Source: an uncultured Verrucomicrobiae bacterium (GTDB lineage Bacteria; Verrucomicrobiota; Verrucomicrobiia; Limisphaerales; JAFGQR01). From it: a stretch of 42,044 nt of DNA. Under the pieces are notes generated by a model, which saw only the letters and a list, made by a program, of their open reading frames with translations, searched no databases and had not been told where the DNA came from. Numbering within the stretch: position 1 is the first letter of the stretch; every line of letters starts with the position of its first letter. The DNA lies in NCBI GenBank assembly GCA_963788655.1, contig CAWBHS010000067.1:1-42044 (forward strand), in the 5' to 3' direction. The position numbers were made by a program, and so were the translations under genes. Positions 11,781 to 21,600 of the stretch are shown piece after piece.

Positions 11781-12983
11781 TTACTTTGGAGCAAGAGTCG
11801 GATACTCAGCAGCTTTCAGGCGATAAAAATACCGGCTTTTGCCTGCAGCCTCACGGTGACGGAATATCGCGATTCCGGTGCCGTTGGTGACTGAAAAGAT
11901 TGAAGCCCAATCCCAGAGGTTCGTCGATGATTCAACACTGTAGCTGGAAGAAGGCATCGCCGTTGATTCAATGCAGGGTCCTTCAAGCCCATCATAATCA
12001 CAAAGCCGGAGTGCCAAAGCGTCCAGCACGGTGGTCAGAGTGGTACCGTCTTGCCCAACCGCAACAAAGCGCCCTTCTCCGTAGGTAATACCTCGCAAAG
12101 GGCTATAGGCGATTCTCTTTGGAACGATCCGTCGCAACCAGTTTGTTGCGTCAGGAGATGTGAAAATGTTGCCATCAAAGTCGGTAGCAAACAGAACTCC
12201 ATTCTCAATTCGGAGCGACGACACATAGGCCGGAGATTCGCTGACGAATTGCCATGCGAGATTCTCATTGGCTGTCCAAATTCCGCCACCCCAAGATGCG
12301 CCTACATACACTCCGTTCGCAAACGCGACCTGGGTGAACAATGGGCCTTGCTGAAATGTCCAGATGACTCCGTTGGTTGAACTGAAGGTTTCTCCGTACT
12401 CCGTGACAAACACAATTTGTCTTCCACTTGAAGTAATGCTCGCAGCTACGGAATCGCCAAACTCATTTTGCGTAACGAACCAATCAATTGCATTCGACGA
12501 GACGGCGATGCCTTTCCTTTGTGACAATACCACATACATATCCTGAAAGTGCGTAATACCAACGATGCCCGATACGAGCCCAGAGTCATATTCTGACCAG
12601 ACACAATCCTCTGCCGAGACAGATATTTTTCCACCCAGTCCCCCGCCTACAAATAATCCGTTGGCAAAGATAAGACAGTATGGAGGGACAGGCACGCAAG
12701 CGCTCCGGTCCTGCCACGATGTTCCGTTGGAGGAAACAATTAGGGTACGAGGGGTGTCAAAGAATCCTCCCGTTGCAACCCAGGTTCCATTCCCAAATGC
12801 CACATCAGACAGCGGAGCCACAACGCCGGTATCATTGATGAACCAATCATCAAGAGCGTTCCCAAAGTCGTGCGTCATTCCATAGTCTCGTAACTCTCCG
12901 ACGCCTGTGATTAGGCAGAGCACGAGCAAAAAGATGCGTGACTGCGAAACTTTGGTTTTCTCTATTTCAGGCGGACGTTTCAC
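11781..12983 (-). CDS. Exported beta-propeller-like repeat protein with C-terminal FYRL domain
   Basis: N-terminal hydrophobic segment; repeats of V.(F/Y)GNG.FV..G..G.I..S.(D/N)...W; ends YSVESSTNL.DW...RYFYRL. Visibly lower GC than its neighbours. Confidence 0.85.
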   Translation of the reverse strand: MKRPPEIEKTKVSQSRIFLLVLCLITGVGELRDYGMTHDFGNALDDWFINDTGVVAPLSDVAFGNGTWVATGGFFDTPRTLIVSSNGTSWQDRSACVPVPPYCLIFANGLFVGGGLGGKISVSAEDCVWSEYDSGLVSGIVGITHFQDMYVVLSQRKGIAVSSNAIDWFVTQNEFGDSVAASITSSGRQIVFVTEYGETFSSTNGVIWTFQQGPLFTQVAFANGVYVGASWGGGIWTANENLAWQFVSESPAYVSSLRIENGVLFATDFDGNIFTSPDATNWLRRIVPKRIAYSPLRGITYGEGRFVAVGQDGTTLTTVLDALALRLCDYDGLEGPCIESTAMPSSSYSVESSTNLWDWASIFSVTNGTGIAIFRHREAAGKSRYFYRLKAAEYPTLAPK

Positions 12984-13214
12984 CGAAGTTCATCTAACAC
13001 GCTAATGCGTGTTCATCAAGGATGATCGCTACGCGTGGCGACCGAACCCGGCAACTGATCGATCACGACCGCGATCTAATTGCCGGGACATTTCGCGGTC
13101 AGGGTGCGTGCCCTGCATGCGCTGCCACAGAAGGATCAAGCACATCGACCATTGTCGATGCGCAGGAAAACTGTGGGAACACTTACGCGAGAAGCTCAAC
13201 GCAGTCTTCGTAGA

Positions 13215-13436
13215 GCGTCAACCGCACAAAGCGGTCGCGTTATTGCTCGAGCGGTTGAAACTCCACCTGCCCGAACAACCGCCGCCGCGCCTGAGCGCGG
13301 AACGCAAACTGACGACGTAAGTGCTCGGTCATTGGTAGTGAAGACCTTTGGCCCTCGGCCCCCCGGAAAACTGAGGAAATTCGCGGGTTGCCACGAAAAT
13401 CATCCGCCAGTACCGAGAGCAAGGCGAAGCTCGGGG
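13215..13436 (+). mobile_element. Probable 3' remnant of an IS1634-like element
   Basis: Peptide VALLLERLKLHLPEQPPPRLS* followed by GTAGTGAAGACCTTTG and GCGAAGCTCGGG resembles IS1634-type transposase C-termini and right ends. Recognised from memory, not by search. Confidence 0.4.
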
Positions 13437-13603
13437 GAAATCTCCAGGTTGGGGCGGCATCGAAGGCTAAAGCTTGCCGGTTGGCCCGGCGGCTGAGAAG
13501 TCACTTAATGGTGAGCCAAGCGGGTGATCGAAAATGGTTGGCGAGGCGCCAACCATTGCGTCCGGGGCGGGCGCGCTCCCGTTTCCTGCTGAATTGATGC
13601 GGG

Positions 13604-14686
13604 TTAGAAGCTGAAGGTCATGCCGGCGGTGATGGCGTAGAGCGTGTTCAAGTCGAGGGTGACTTCCCGGCCTTCGCCCTGGAACTGGAGCCGTTCCTGG
13701 TATTCAAAATCGCCGCCCACATAAGCGCCCCAATGGCGCGTGAAGTCGTATTGGAACCGGAATTGCGCATACGCGCCCGGCTTCCAGGACCGTCCGCTGA
13801 CGGTTCGGTCATGGTAATCGATGCTTGGAATGGCCGGACTGGTAAAGGTGATGCGCTCGCTGAATTGCAACCGGCTGTCCGCGTACATGGCCGCGTAGCC
13901 CGCGCTAAGATTTATCGTCGAACGCCGGGCCACCGGATACGACATCCACACGCCGAGCTTGAACGTGTGCAGGTTGTTTTCCAGTTTTCCGTTGAAGGTG
14001 CTCTGGCTGGGAGAACTGATCACGCCATGGACCGAAGGCTGGAGATTCAACAGCGGACCCGGTCCGGCGAATGTGCCCGCATACGGTGCTACGGGCGGGG
14101 CGGTGCCGCCGAGGCCGTAAGCGTCACCGGTATAAGTGGCGGTGCCGCCGGCGCTCGAGTTTTCATCCAGGGTGAGGTTGTTGTAACCGTAACCGATCTC
14201 GAAACCCAAGCGGGCTTCCCGCCGGTGAATGAAGAACCGGGCCAGTTCGGCGCCCACGATTATCTCCCCGCCCATGGCGGGATCGGAACTGTGATCGGTG
14301 AACAAGCCGGCCATGGGCAAGTCGGTCAAACGGCTGAAGTGCATCTGGCCGCCGGAGACTTGATTGGCGCGGTCGTAGCCCCAGTTCCACGTGCGGCCAC
14401 TGGCGGTGCCACCAACGTCGGGCAACACAAAGCCATCGTCATACACCCCGGGCGTGACGGTGGTGGGCAGACGGCTCACACTGGCCTTCGCGCCAAACAG
14501 GGCGCGCGCGCCGGCCCGCACAAACCAGCCATAGCCTTCGGAGTTCTCGAATTCCATGGCGGCCCGAACCGACGTAACCGTCAGCCCCAAAGCCAGGGCC
14601 GCCGCGCAGGTCCATGAATTTCGGAATCGTTGATTGGGGGAGTACAAATGCTTCATGATTTCTGGGTTCAGGAACGGCTGTCTCAT
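13604..14686 (-). CDS. Uncharacterised outer-membrane beta-barrel protein
   Basis: Signal peptide (AAALALGLTVTSVRA); amphipathic strands (WFVRAGARALF, RLGFEIGYGY, AYAQFRFQY, WGAYVGGDFEY); BAM-type end ITAGMTFSF*; ATGA overlap with the upstream Ig gene. Confidence 0.85.
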   Translation of the reverse strand: MRQPFLNPEIMKHLYSPNQRFRNSWTCAAALALGLTVTSVRAAMEFENSEGYGWFVRAGARALFGAKASVSRLPTTVTPGVYDDGFVLPDVGGTASGRTWNWGYDRANQVSGGQMHFSRLTDLPMAGLFTDHSSDPAMGGEIIVGAELARFFIHRREARLGFEIGYGYNNLTLDENSSAGGTATYTGDAYGLGGTAPPVAPYAGTFAGPGPLLNLQPSVHGVISSPSQSTFNGKLENNLHTFKLGVWMSYPVARRSTINLSAGYAAMYADSRLQFSERITFTSPAIPSIDYHDRTVSGRSWKPGAYAQFRFQYDFTRHWGAYVGGDFEYQERLQFQGEGREVTLDLNTLYAITAGMTFSF

Positions 14687-17600
14687 GGGGTTTCAATGAC
14701 CCGGTAGAGCCGCATCGTTGGCAACGGCGGCGCCGGAGTCTCCGGCGGCAACGTCTTGGGCGGTCCGGTGTCCACCCAACGAATGGTCGCGCCCGTGCCG
14801 TGGACGACTGGTTGCGCCGTGTTAAAACTCAGCTCGTTGCTCAGGTCATCCCACTGGTCCGCGTATTGAATGAAATAATCATGGTTGAGTTGAGTTGAGA
14901 ATTCCAACTGCCAGTGCCCATCCACATCATTCAAGCCCCGCACCGGCACCGGATTCCCGTATGCCGACGGCAGAATCAGGAACTGGTCGAGGCTGAGAAA
15001 ATAAATGGGTTCGGGCACCGTCAAGTGGTCCGCCACGTAGTATTCCATCGTCAATGGGATGCGCGCTCCCGGCGGCAGAGAGTCGATCTGCACATAATCC
15101 ACCGTCGTATCGTCCACCCCGTCGCGGTTCGTGTCCACGGAACCGATGCCTTGAGCGTTGTAGAGCCGGATCGGGTGGCCCAGTGAGTCCGTCCCCAAGC
15201 CGCGCACGCCGACCAGGAATTCATACAGAAACTCGGTACCCGGATTGGCCAGCAGGAAATAATCGGTCACCAAACCGGACTGCGTGTTGGTGTCGATCAC
15301 CCCGGGTAGCCCGATGAACGCCGGCATCACCCGGGCGTTCAGGAGCAGCGATGGTTGCTGGAGGCCACTGGCCGTGATGGGAAGTGGCGTGTCCGCAAAC
15401 GCGAATCCGCCGAACATCGGGTCCTGTCCGGGCATGACTTGAAATTGGAGCCAGCCAATCCCGGTGTTGGTCGCCGGGAACGTGCTGCCGGTGGTCAACT
15501 GAATGGTGACACCGATCACCGCGTTGGTGAACACATTGGTGACGGTGACGTCGGCATTGGTGGAACTGACGGTCAGGTTGGTCCGCACCACGGAATCGTT
15601 GGTCGTGGTCACCGTGGCCGGGAAATTGGGCACAAACATCGGGCTGGTCAGCACGTTCGAGTCGTAGCGCATTGAAAACGTCACCCCGTTCTCGACGCCG
15701 TTGCCGGTCAGCACAATCTCGACGGACACTTGGTTCACTGCTTGCGTCAGGAACTGGCCCGTCAGCAGCGTGCGCGGGACGTCTGTCACCACGGTCAGGT
15801 TTGCCGACGAACTCATGACGCTACCCTCCGCGCTCCGGACCAGCACCGAGTAAGGGCCGCTTTGCGCGAAGCTCAGGTCGTCCAACTCGAGCGTACGGTT
15901 CACTTCGCCCGGCAGCGGCGCTCCCTGGAAGTACCACTGGTAAATGATCGGTTGGCTGCCGGCCGCGGTCACGTCGAAGCGGAAGTTTTCGTGGAGGGCC
16001 GCTTGGCCGCCGACCGGTTGGAGCACTATGGCCGGATCATCGACCTGCAACCCCGCGGCGGCGCTGGTGCGGCTGCCGTTGGGATTGGTCACGCGCACCG
16101 AATAGCTACCGCTTTGCGCAGCGGTCAGATTGGTCAACATCAGGATCGGAGCCGCCTGATTCGTCAACGGCGCGCCGTTGAACAACCATTGGTACGTCAG
16201 CGGCGACGTTCCCGCGGCCGTCACGGTGAAGGTGAAGTTAGTGCCGGCCGAGACCCGGCCACCTGTGGGTTGGCTGAGAATGGCCGGATCATCCACAGTC
16301 AGCACCGCGTTATCACTGCGCAGACTGCCCGCCGCGGTGGTGACCACCACGTAATACGTACCGCTCTGGGCGGCCATGACGTTGGTCAATGGCAGGGAAT
16401 TGCTCGACAGCGAGGTGGTGGATTCGACCAGCGGCGCACCGTTGAAAAACCATTGGTAAGTAAACGGTGGATTGCCGCCGGCCACGACGGTGAAGGTGAA
16501 GTTGGTGCCGGCTTCGATTTCGCCGCCGCGCGGTTGGGTGCGAATCACCGGTTCGAAGACCGCCAGGCGGACCGTGTCACTCCAGCGGGTACCCGCACCG
16601 TTGCTTGCCGCCACCGCGTAGGTGCCGCTGTTGTCGGTGGTCACGCTGGTCAACGACAGGACGTTGCTGGTCTGGCCCGTCAACGGCGCGCCCTGGAAAT
16701 ACCATTGATAGGTCAGGGGCGGCGTCCCGCGGGCCTCGACGGACAGAGAAAAATCGTCGCCGCCGGCCACCCAGCCGCCTTGCGGTTGCGCGACAATCGC
16801 GAGGTCATAAACGGTCAGCGTGGCGGCAGCGCTCCGAACAACGCCAAATCCATTCCGCACGTCCGCGGCGTATTGGCCGGACTGGGCGGTGGTTACGTTG
16901 GTCAATGACAAAACGTTGTTGGTCTTCCCCGCGAGCGCCGCGTCGTTGAAATACCATTGGTAGGTCAGCGGTGGGCTGCCGACGGCCCCTACGGTCAAGG
17001 TGAAACTGTCACCGGCATCCACCGTGCCGCCCACCGGCGCCGCCCGGATGATCGGATCGTGAACTGTCAGCGCCGTGTTCAAGCTGGCGACGCTTCCCCA
17101 TTGGTTGGTGACGCGGACCGAATACAAACCGCTGTTGGCACCGGTGACGCCGGTCAGCACCAACGTGTCGGCGGTGGCGTTCGCGATCTCGGCGCCGTTG
17201 AAGTACCACTGGTAGCGCAGCGTCGGGGTGCCGGCGGCTTCGACGGCAAAGGTGCAGTCTTCGTTCCAATCGATGTCGCCGCCCAGCGGTTGAGTCAGGA
17301 TCGCCAGTTCATACACGGTCAACGAGGCCGTCGCGCTGCGGACGGTGCCCCATTCGTCGTAAACATCGACAAAATACGATCCGCTTTGGGCAACCGTGAC
17401 ATTGGTCAGCAACAAGGTGCCGTTGGTTTTTCCCGCCAGGGCCGCGCGGTTGAAGTACCATTGGTACGTCAGCGGGGCCGAACCTGCCGCCTCGACTTCG
17501 AAGGTGAAATCCCCCCCGGCGTCCACCACGCCGCCTTCCGGTTGAGTCACAATCAAGGGATCTTCCACCGTCAGGTTTGCCGAACTGCTGGTCGCCATTC

Positions 17601-18279
17601 CCATGGCGTTGCTCACGGTGACATAATAGTTGCCGGCGTTGGTCGCGGAAAGCGTGGCCACAACCAGCGTATTGCTCGTTTGGCCGGTCAATGGTTCGCC
17701 ATTGAAATACCACTGGTACGACAGCGGTTCCGTGCCGGCGGCTTCGACGGCAAAGGTGAAGTCTCCTTCCGCGGCCGCGGTGCCGCCTTGCGGTGGGGCG
17801 ACCATCACCGGGTCACTGACCACGAGGGTCGCCGGGGCACTGGTCACGCTGCCTCCGGCGTTGCTGACCACCACCCAGTAAGCGCCGCTTTGGCTGCTGG
17901 TGACGTTGGTCAGCCAAAGCAGGACATCGGTTTGGCCCGGCAACGCGATGACGTTCGTATTGCCTGCGGGCAGGGCGGCTTGAAAATACCATTGGTAGCT
18001 GAAGGGACGGGTGCCACCGGGCAACACGGCCAAGCCGAAGTCTTCACCGAATTGGCTCGTGCCGCCCTGGGGACCGACAAGGATGGCGGGATCGCCGGCG
18101 GCCGGCGCGGTCAACGCCGAAATCAAAACGGCCCCCAGCCCAAGTGCCAACGCCCGGCCGAACCGGGAGCGCCACTTGGCCAAAGGTTCACTGAGCCTTG
18201 CCGGCCAAGGTCCGCTTGCTCGGGCCAATGAGGTTAGCCTTGCAGGAATATCGCCACGCTCTGTTGCCTCGGTTTTCAC
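14683..18279 (-). CDS. Surface protein with nine tandem Ig-like repeats, a cohesin-like domain and a C-terminal YR(V) domain (start uncertain; the ORF extends to 18420)
   Basis: Nine P.I..QP.GG...F.V.A.G..PL.YQW(Y/F)F.G...L.L..VT...SG.Y.V.V.N repeats; signal-like ALALGLGAVLISALTAPAA; VSVEIVL.G.G.ENGVTFSMRYD segment. Confidence 0.9.
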   Translation of the reverse strand: MKTEATERGDIPARLTSLARASGPWPARLSEPLAKWRSRFGRALALGLGAVLISALTAPAAGDPAILVGPQGGTSQFGEDFGLAVLPGGTRPFSYQWYFQAALPAGNTNVIALPGQTDVLLWLTNVTSSQSGAYWVVVSNAGGSVTSAPATLVVSDPVMVAPPQGGTAAAEGDFTFAVEAAGTEPLSYQWYFNGEPLTGQTSNTLVVATLSATNAGNYYVTVSNAMGMATSSSANLTVEDPLIVTQPEGGVVDAGGDFTFEVEAAGSAPLTYQWYFNRAALAGKTNGTLLLTNVTVAQSGSYFVDVYDEWGTVRSATASLTVYELAILTQPLGGDIDWNEDCTFAVEAAGTPTLRYQWYFNGAEIANATADTLVLTGVTGANSGLYSVRVTNQWGSVASLNTALTVHDPIIRAAPVGGTVDAGDSFTLTVGAVGSPPLTYQWYFNDAALAGKTNNVLSLTNVTTAQSGQYAADVRNGFGVVRSAAATLTVYDLAIVAQPQGGWVAGGDDFSLSVEARGTPPLTYQWYFQGAPLTGQTSNVLSLTSVTTDNSGTYAVAASNGAGTRWSDTVRLAVFEPVIRTQPRGGEIEAGTNFTFTVVAGGNPPFTYQWFFNGAPLVESTTSLSSNSLPLTNVMAAQSGTYYVVVTTAAGSLRSDNAVLTVDDPAILSQPTGGRVSAGTNFTFTVTAAGTSPLTYQWLFNGAPLTNQAAPILMLTNLTAAQSGSYSVRVTNPNGSRTSAAAGLQVDDPAIVLQPVGGQAALHENFRFDVTAAGSQPIIYQWYFQGAPLPGEVNRTLELDDLSFAQSGPYSVLVRSAEGSVMSSSANLTVVTDVPRTLLTGQFLTQAVNQVSVEIVLTGNGVENGVTFSMRYDSNVLTSPMFVPNFPATVTTTNDSVVRTNLTVSSTNADVTVTNVFTNAVIGVTIQLTTGSTFPATNTGIGWLQFQVMPGQDPMFGGFAFADTPLPITASGLQQPSLLLNARVMPAFIGLPGVIDTNTQSGLVTDYFLLANPGTEFLYEFLVGVRGLGTDSLGHPIRLYNAQGIGSVDTNRDGVDDTTVDYVQIDSLPPGARIPLTMEYYVADHLTVPEPIYFLSLDQFLILPSAYGNPVPVRGLNDVDGHWQLEFSTQLNHDYFIQYADQWDDLSNELSFNTAQPVVHGTGATIRWVDTGPPKTLPPETPAPPLPTMRLYRVIETP

Positions 18280-18682
18280 TGGCGCGCAGCATATTTTGCC
18301 TCGATCCGAACACAAGGAAAAAAGCTGAAAGGAAATTGGCGCGATACTTTGCTTGGTGGTTTCGCTGCGCTTAATGGCCAATGGGCAAGGAGCAATTACC
18401 AGGGAAGACCCAAGTCCCAAGCACCAATCCGGGATTGAGTATTCGGGTTACGATAAGGAACTTGCGCGTGCGCCCGGTGTTTGTGAATTGGGGCCGGTTC
18501 GTGGAAATGAGGACGCCACTCTGGAAGTCGGGGGGCTCAATCTGGATTTTGTCCCAACCCGGTGGGATTTGGGCGGCAGCAAGACAAGCAAACATTATCC
18601 GCGCTCACGAAAATCCGCACTGTCCTAAATAGGTTCCAATGCGTATAGTAATGGCATCACTGGTGTGGCAGGAAACCGTTAT

Positions 18683-21600
18683 ATGCTCAGCAAACCGATC
18701 AAATTATTGGTGCTCGTCCCAATCCTTCTGGGATTAGCCGGCCAATGGTCGGTGGCGTGGGCCCAGCGGCTTGACGTGTGCGGACCGGAACAGACGTGGA
18801 AGTATTACGAGCCCACCGCCAACATTCTGGACGGTACCGGTTGGGCGGCTCCCGGCTACAACGATTCCGCCTGGCCGGTTGGGGCCGGTACTTTCGCGTG
18901 GGAAACCACTGACTCGACCCTCGCCTTCCTGCAAAACAATGCGCCCGTCAATACTACGCTGGAAGCGCCATCCGGACGGACGGATTATTTCCGAACCACG
19001 TTCCACTGGGAGGGGCCGATTGCGGGCGTGGTGCTCCTGCTCTCGAACCTGGTCGATGATGGCGCGATCATTTATTTGAACGGCGTGGAGCAACAACGCC
19101 TGCGTCTGCCCGCCGACGTTCCCGATGTCTGGAACCTTTTCGCCACGGGCAATCCCCCCGGAGGGGATGCCACCGCCTGGGAGATGGTGACGTTGGGTTC
19201 GTCCAACTTGGTGACCGGTGACAATCTCCTGGCCGTATCCGTGCATCAGAGCAGCGACATCAGTTCGGACGTGGTGTTTGCCATGCAGGTCACGGGCATC
19301 CGTCCGTTTGCGCCGATCCTGCTGGAGGCGACCCAGCCCACCAATGCCGTGGTGGGCCAGGCTCAGGCCCACACGCTGGCGGTCGCGGCCGACGCGTTTC
19401 CCGAACCTGAGCTATCAATGGTTCTTCCAGCCGGAAGGCGGCGGCAGTTTCGGCGCCATCTCCAGCGCCACCAATGCGGCCTACACGATCAGCGACATGC
19501 AATCAGGCAACGCGGGGCAATTACTATTGCCAGGTGCAGAATTCCGTCGGCATTACCTCCAGCCGAACCAACACCATCACATACCTGCCAGACGTAACTC
19601 CCCCGGCGCTGATTTCGGCCATCCGGCAACCCAACATCACCAATCTCATCGTGACATTCGACGAACCCATGGCGGCCAGCGCCCTGGACACTTACAATTA
19701 CCTCATCTGCACGGACGACCAGTTCCTGGATTGCCTGAGCGTGCTACCGACGTCGAGCGATGGCTTCTACCTGCGCTTTGTGGATGGTTCCGATGGCACC
19801 CAGGTGCTGCTGGCGAGCGAGATGCCGTTGGAGGTGAACCGGCTCTATCGCTTGTTCGTCCTGGGGGGTAGCGACCGGTTGGGTAACAGCATTTCCGGCA
19901 CGCTGGTCACCAATATTGTCGTGCCGAAAATTGCCGCCTTCCGCCAGGGCGTTAATGGTTACCTGGGCACGGCGGACACCCATCTGCGCCAGGACCGGCC
20001 CGATATTTCGTTTCCGGTCAATGTGCAGGTTCTGGTCGATAGCCTGAATCCGGTCAGTCACGGCCTGTTGCGATTTGAGAACATCATTGGCGGGGGGACC
20101 GGCCAGATTCCATTCGGGGCTGCCATTAGCTCGGCAACCCTGTCGTTGCGCACGGTCAATGCCACCCGCGACGGCGAATTAGTCGAGTTCCATCGCATGT
20201 TGCAACCCTGGCGGGACACCGACACCTGGAACACTCCGTGGGGCAACGGGCTCAAAGCCGATGACGTGATCGCCGCTGCCGCGGTCGCCGCCGAAATCAA
20301 CCCGGCCACCAACAGCATGACCCTCGACTTCGACGTCACTTCGTCCGTGCAAGCCTGGGTGAATGGCCAGTTGAACTACGGCTGGTTTCTGACCAACACG
20401 ATGGATGACGGCTATCAATTTGCATCATCAGAAAGCGCCACGATCGATTACCGCCCGTTGCTGACCGTCGATTATGAATTCGGTCAACCGGCGCCGGTGG
20501 CGCTGGTGGTCTTGCCGCCCACCAACCAGATCGTCGTGGACCAGGGGCAACCCTTCGCCATGGTGTACGGCGTGGCGGGGCCGAATCTCCAACTCCAGTG
20601 GTTCAAGGACAATGGAGGGTTGCCGGGCGAAACCAATGCGGCCCTCAGCCGAAGCGCGGCGACGCTGGCCGACACCGGCGATTATTTTCTGCGCGTGACC
20701 AATGATTATCCCAGCGCCACCAACAGCCCGGTCATCCAGGTAACCGTGGTGGCGGACACCACGCCCCCGGCGGTGGTTTCGGCAGTCGCTACCGGCACGA
20801 CCAATCTCACCCGGTTGACGCTGCAGTTCTCCGAACCGCTGGCGGCGGCGGGCCCGGGGAATGTGGAGCATTATCAACTGTCACCGAACATCCCGATTAC
20901 CGGCGTCACCGTCCTCAACAGCACTACCGTGGAATTGGAGCTGACCGCTCCGTTCGGACAACGGTATTACCTCACCCTCGATGGCGCCCTTCAGGATGTG
21001 CATGGCAATTCCGTCTCGCCCAATTATCTGGAAGTGACCACAGAGTTGGTGCTGGTGGACTGGCAGGACGACTGGAAACTCGACGCCTCAGACACGGACC
21101 TGATGGCGACGTTTGCGGATCCCGGTTTTGATGATTCTGCCTGGAGTTCCGGGCCGGGACTGCTGGGCACGGAGGCCGATCCACTGCCGGGAGGCTTGAC
21201 CATCCGAACGCCGGTGGCCGCTACCGGTTACACGTCCTATTACCGCAAACAGGTGAGCTGGCCCTACGCGACGGCCACACTGGATCCCGCGGTGGAAATT
21301 GCGGTGGTTCATGCGGTGGACGACGGGGTGGTCTTTCACTTCAACGGTGCCGAAGCGTTTCGTTTCAAAATGCCGACGGGAACCGTTACGCACGCGACGT
21401 TCGCTGACACCGCCGGTTTCGATACCGATGCGGTTGCGGCCACCAATACGCTGCCCCCCGACGTGCTGGCGTTCGGCACCACGACCATCGCGGCCGACCT
21501 GCACGCCATCAACACCACCAGCTCGGACAATGTATTCGGCGCCCGCCTGCTGGCGGTGCTGCCACCCAAGACCCCCGTTCGTTTTATTTCTGGTCCCACG

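Noticed and set aside
15760..18100. Ig repeats as DGR template/variable repeats
   Set aside because: Divergence is not adenine-specific and no intact reverse transcriptase is present.
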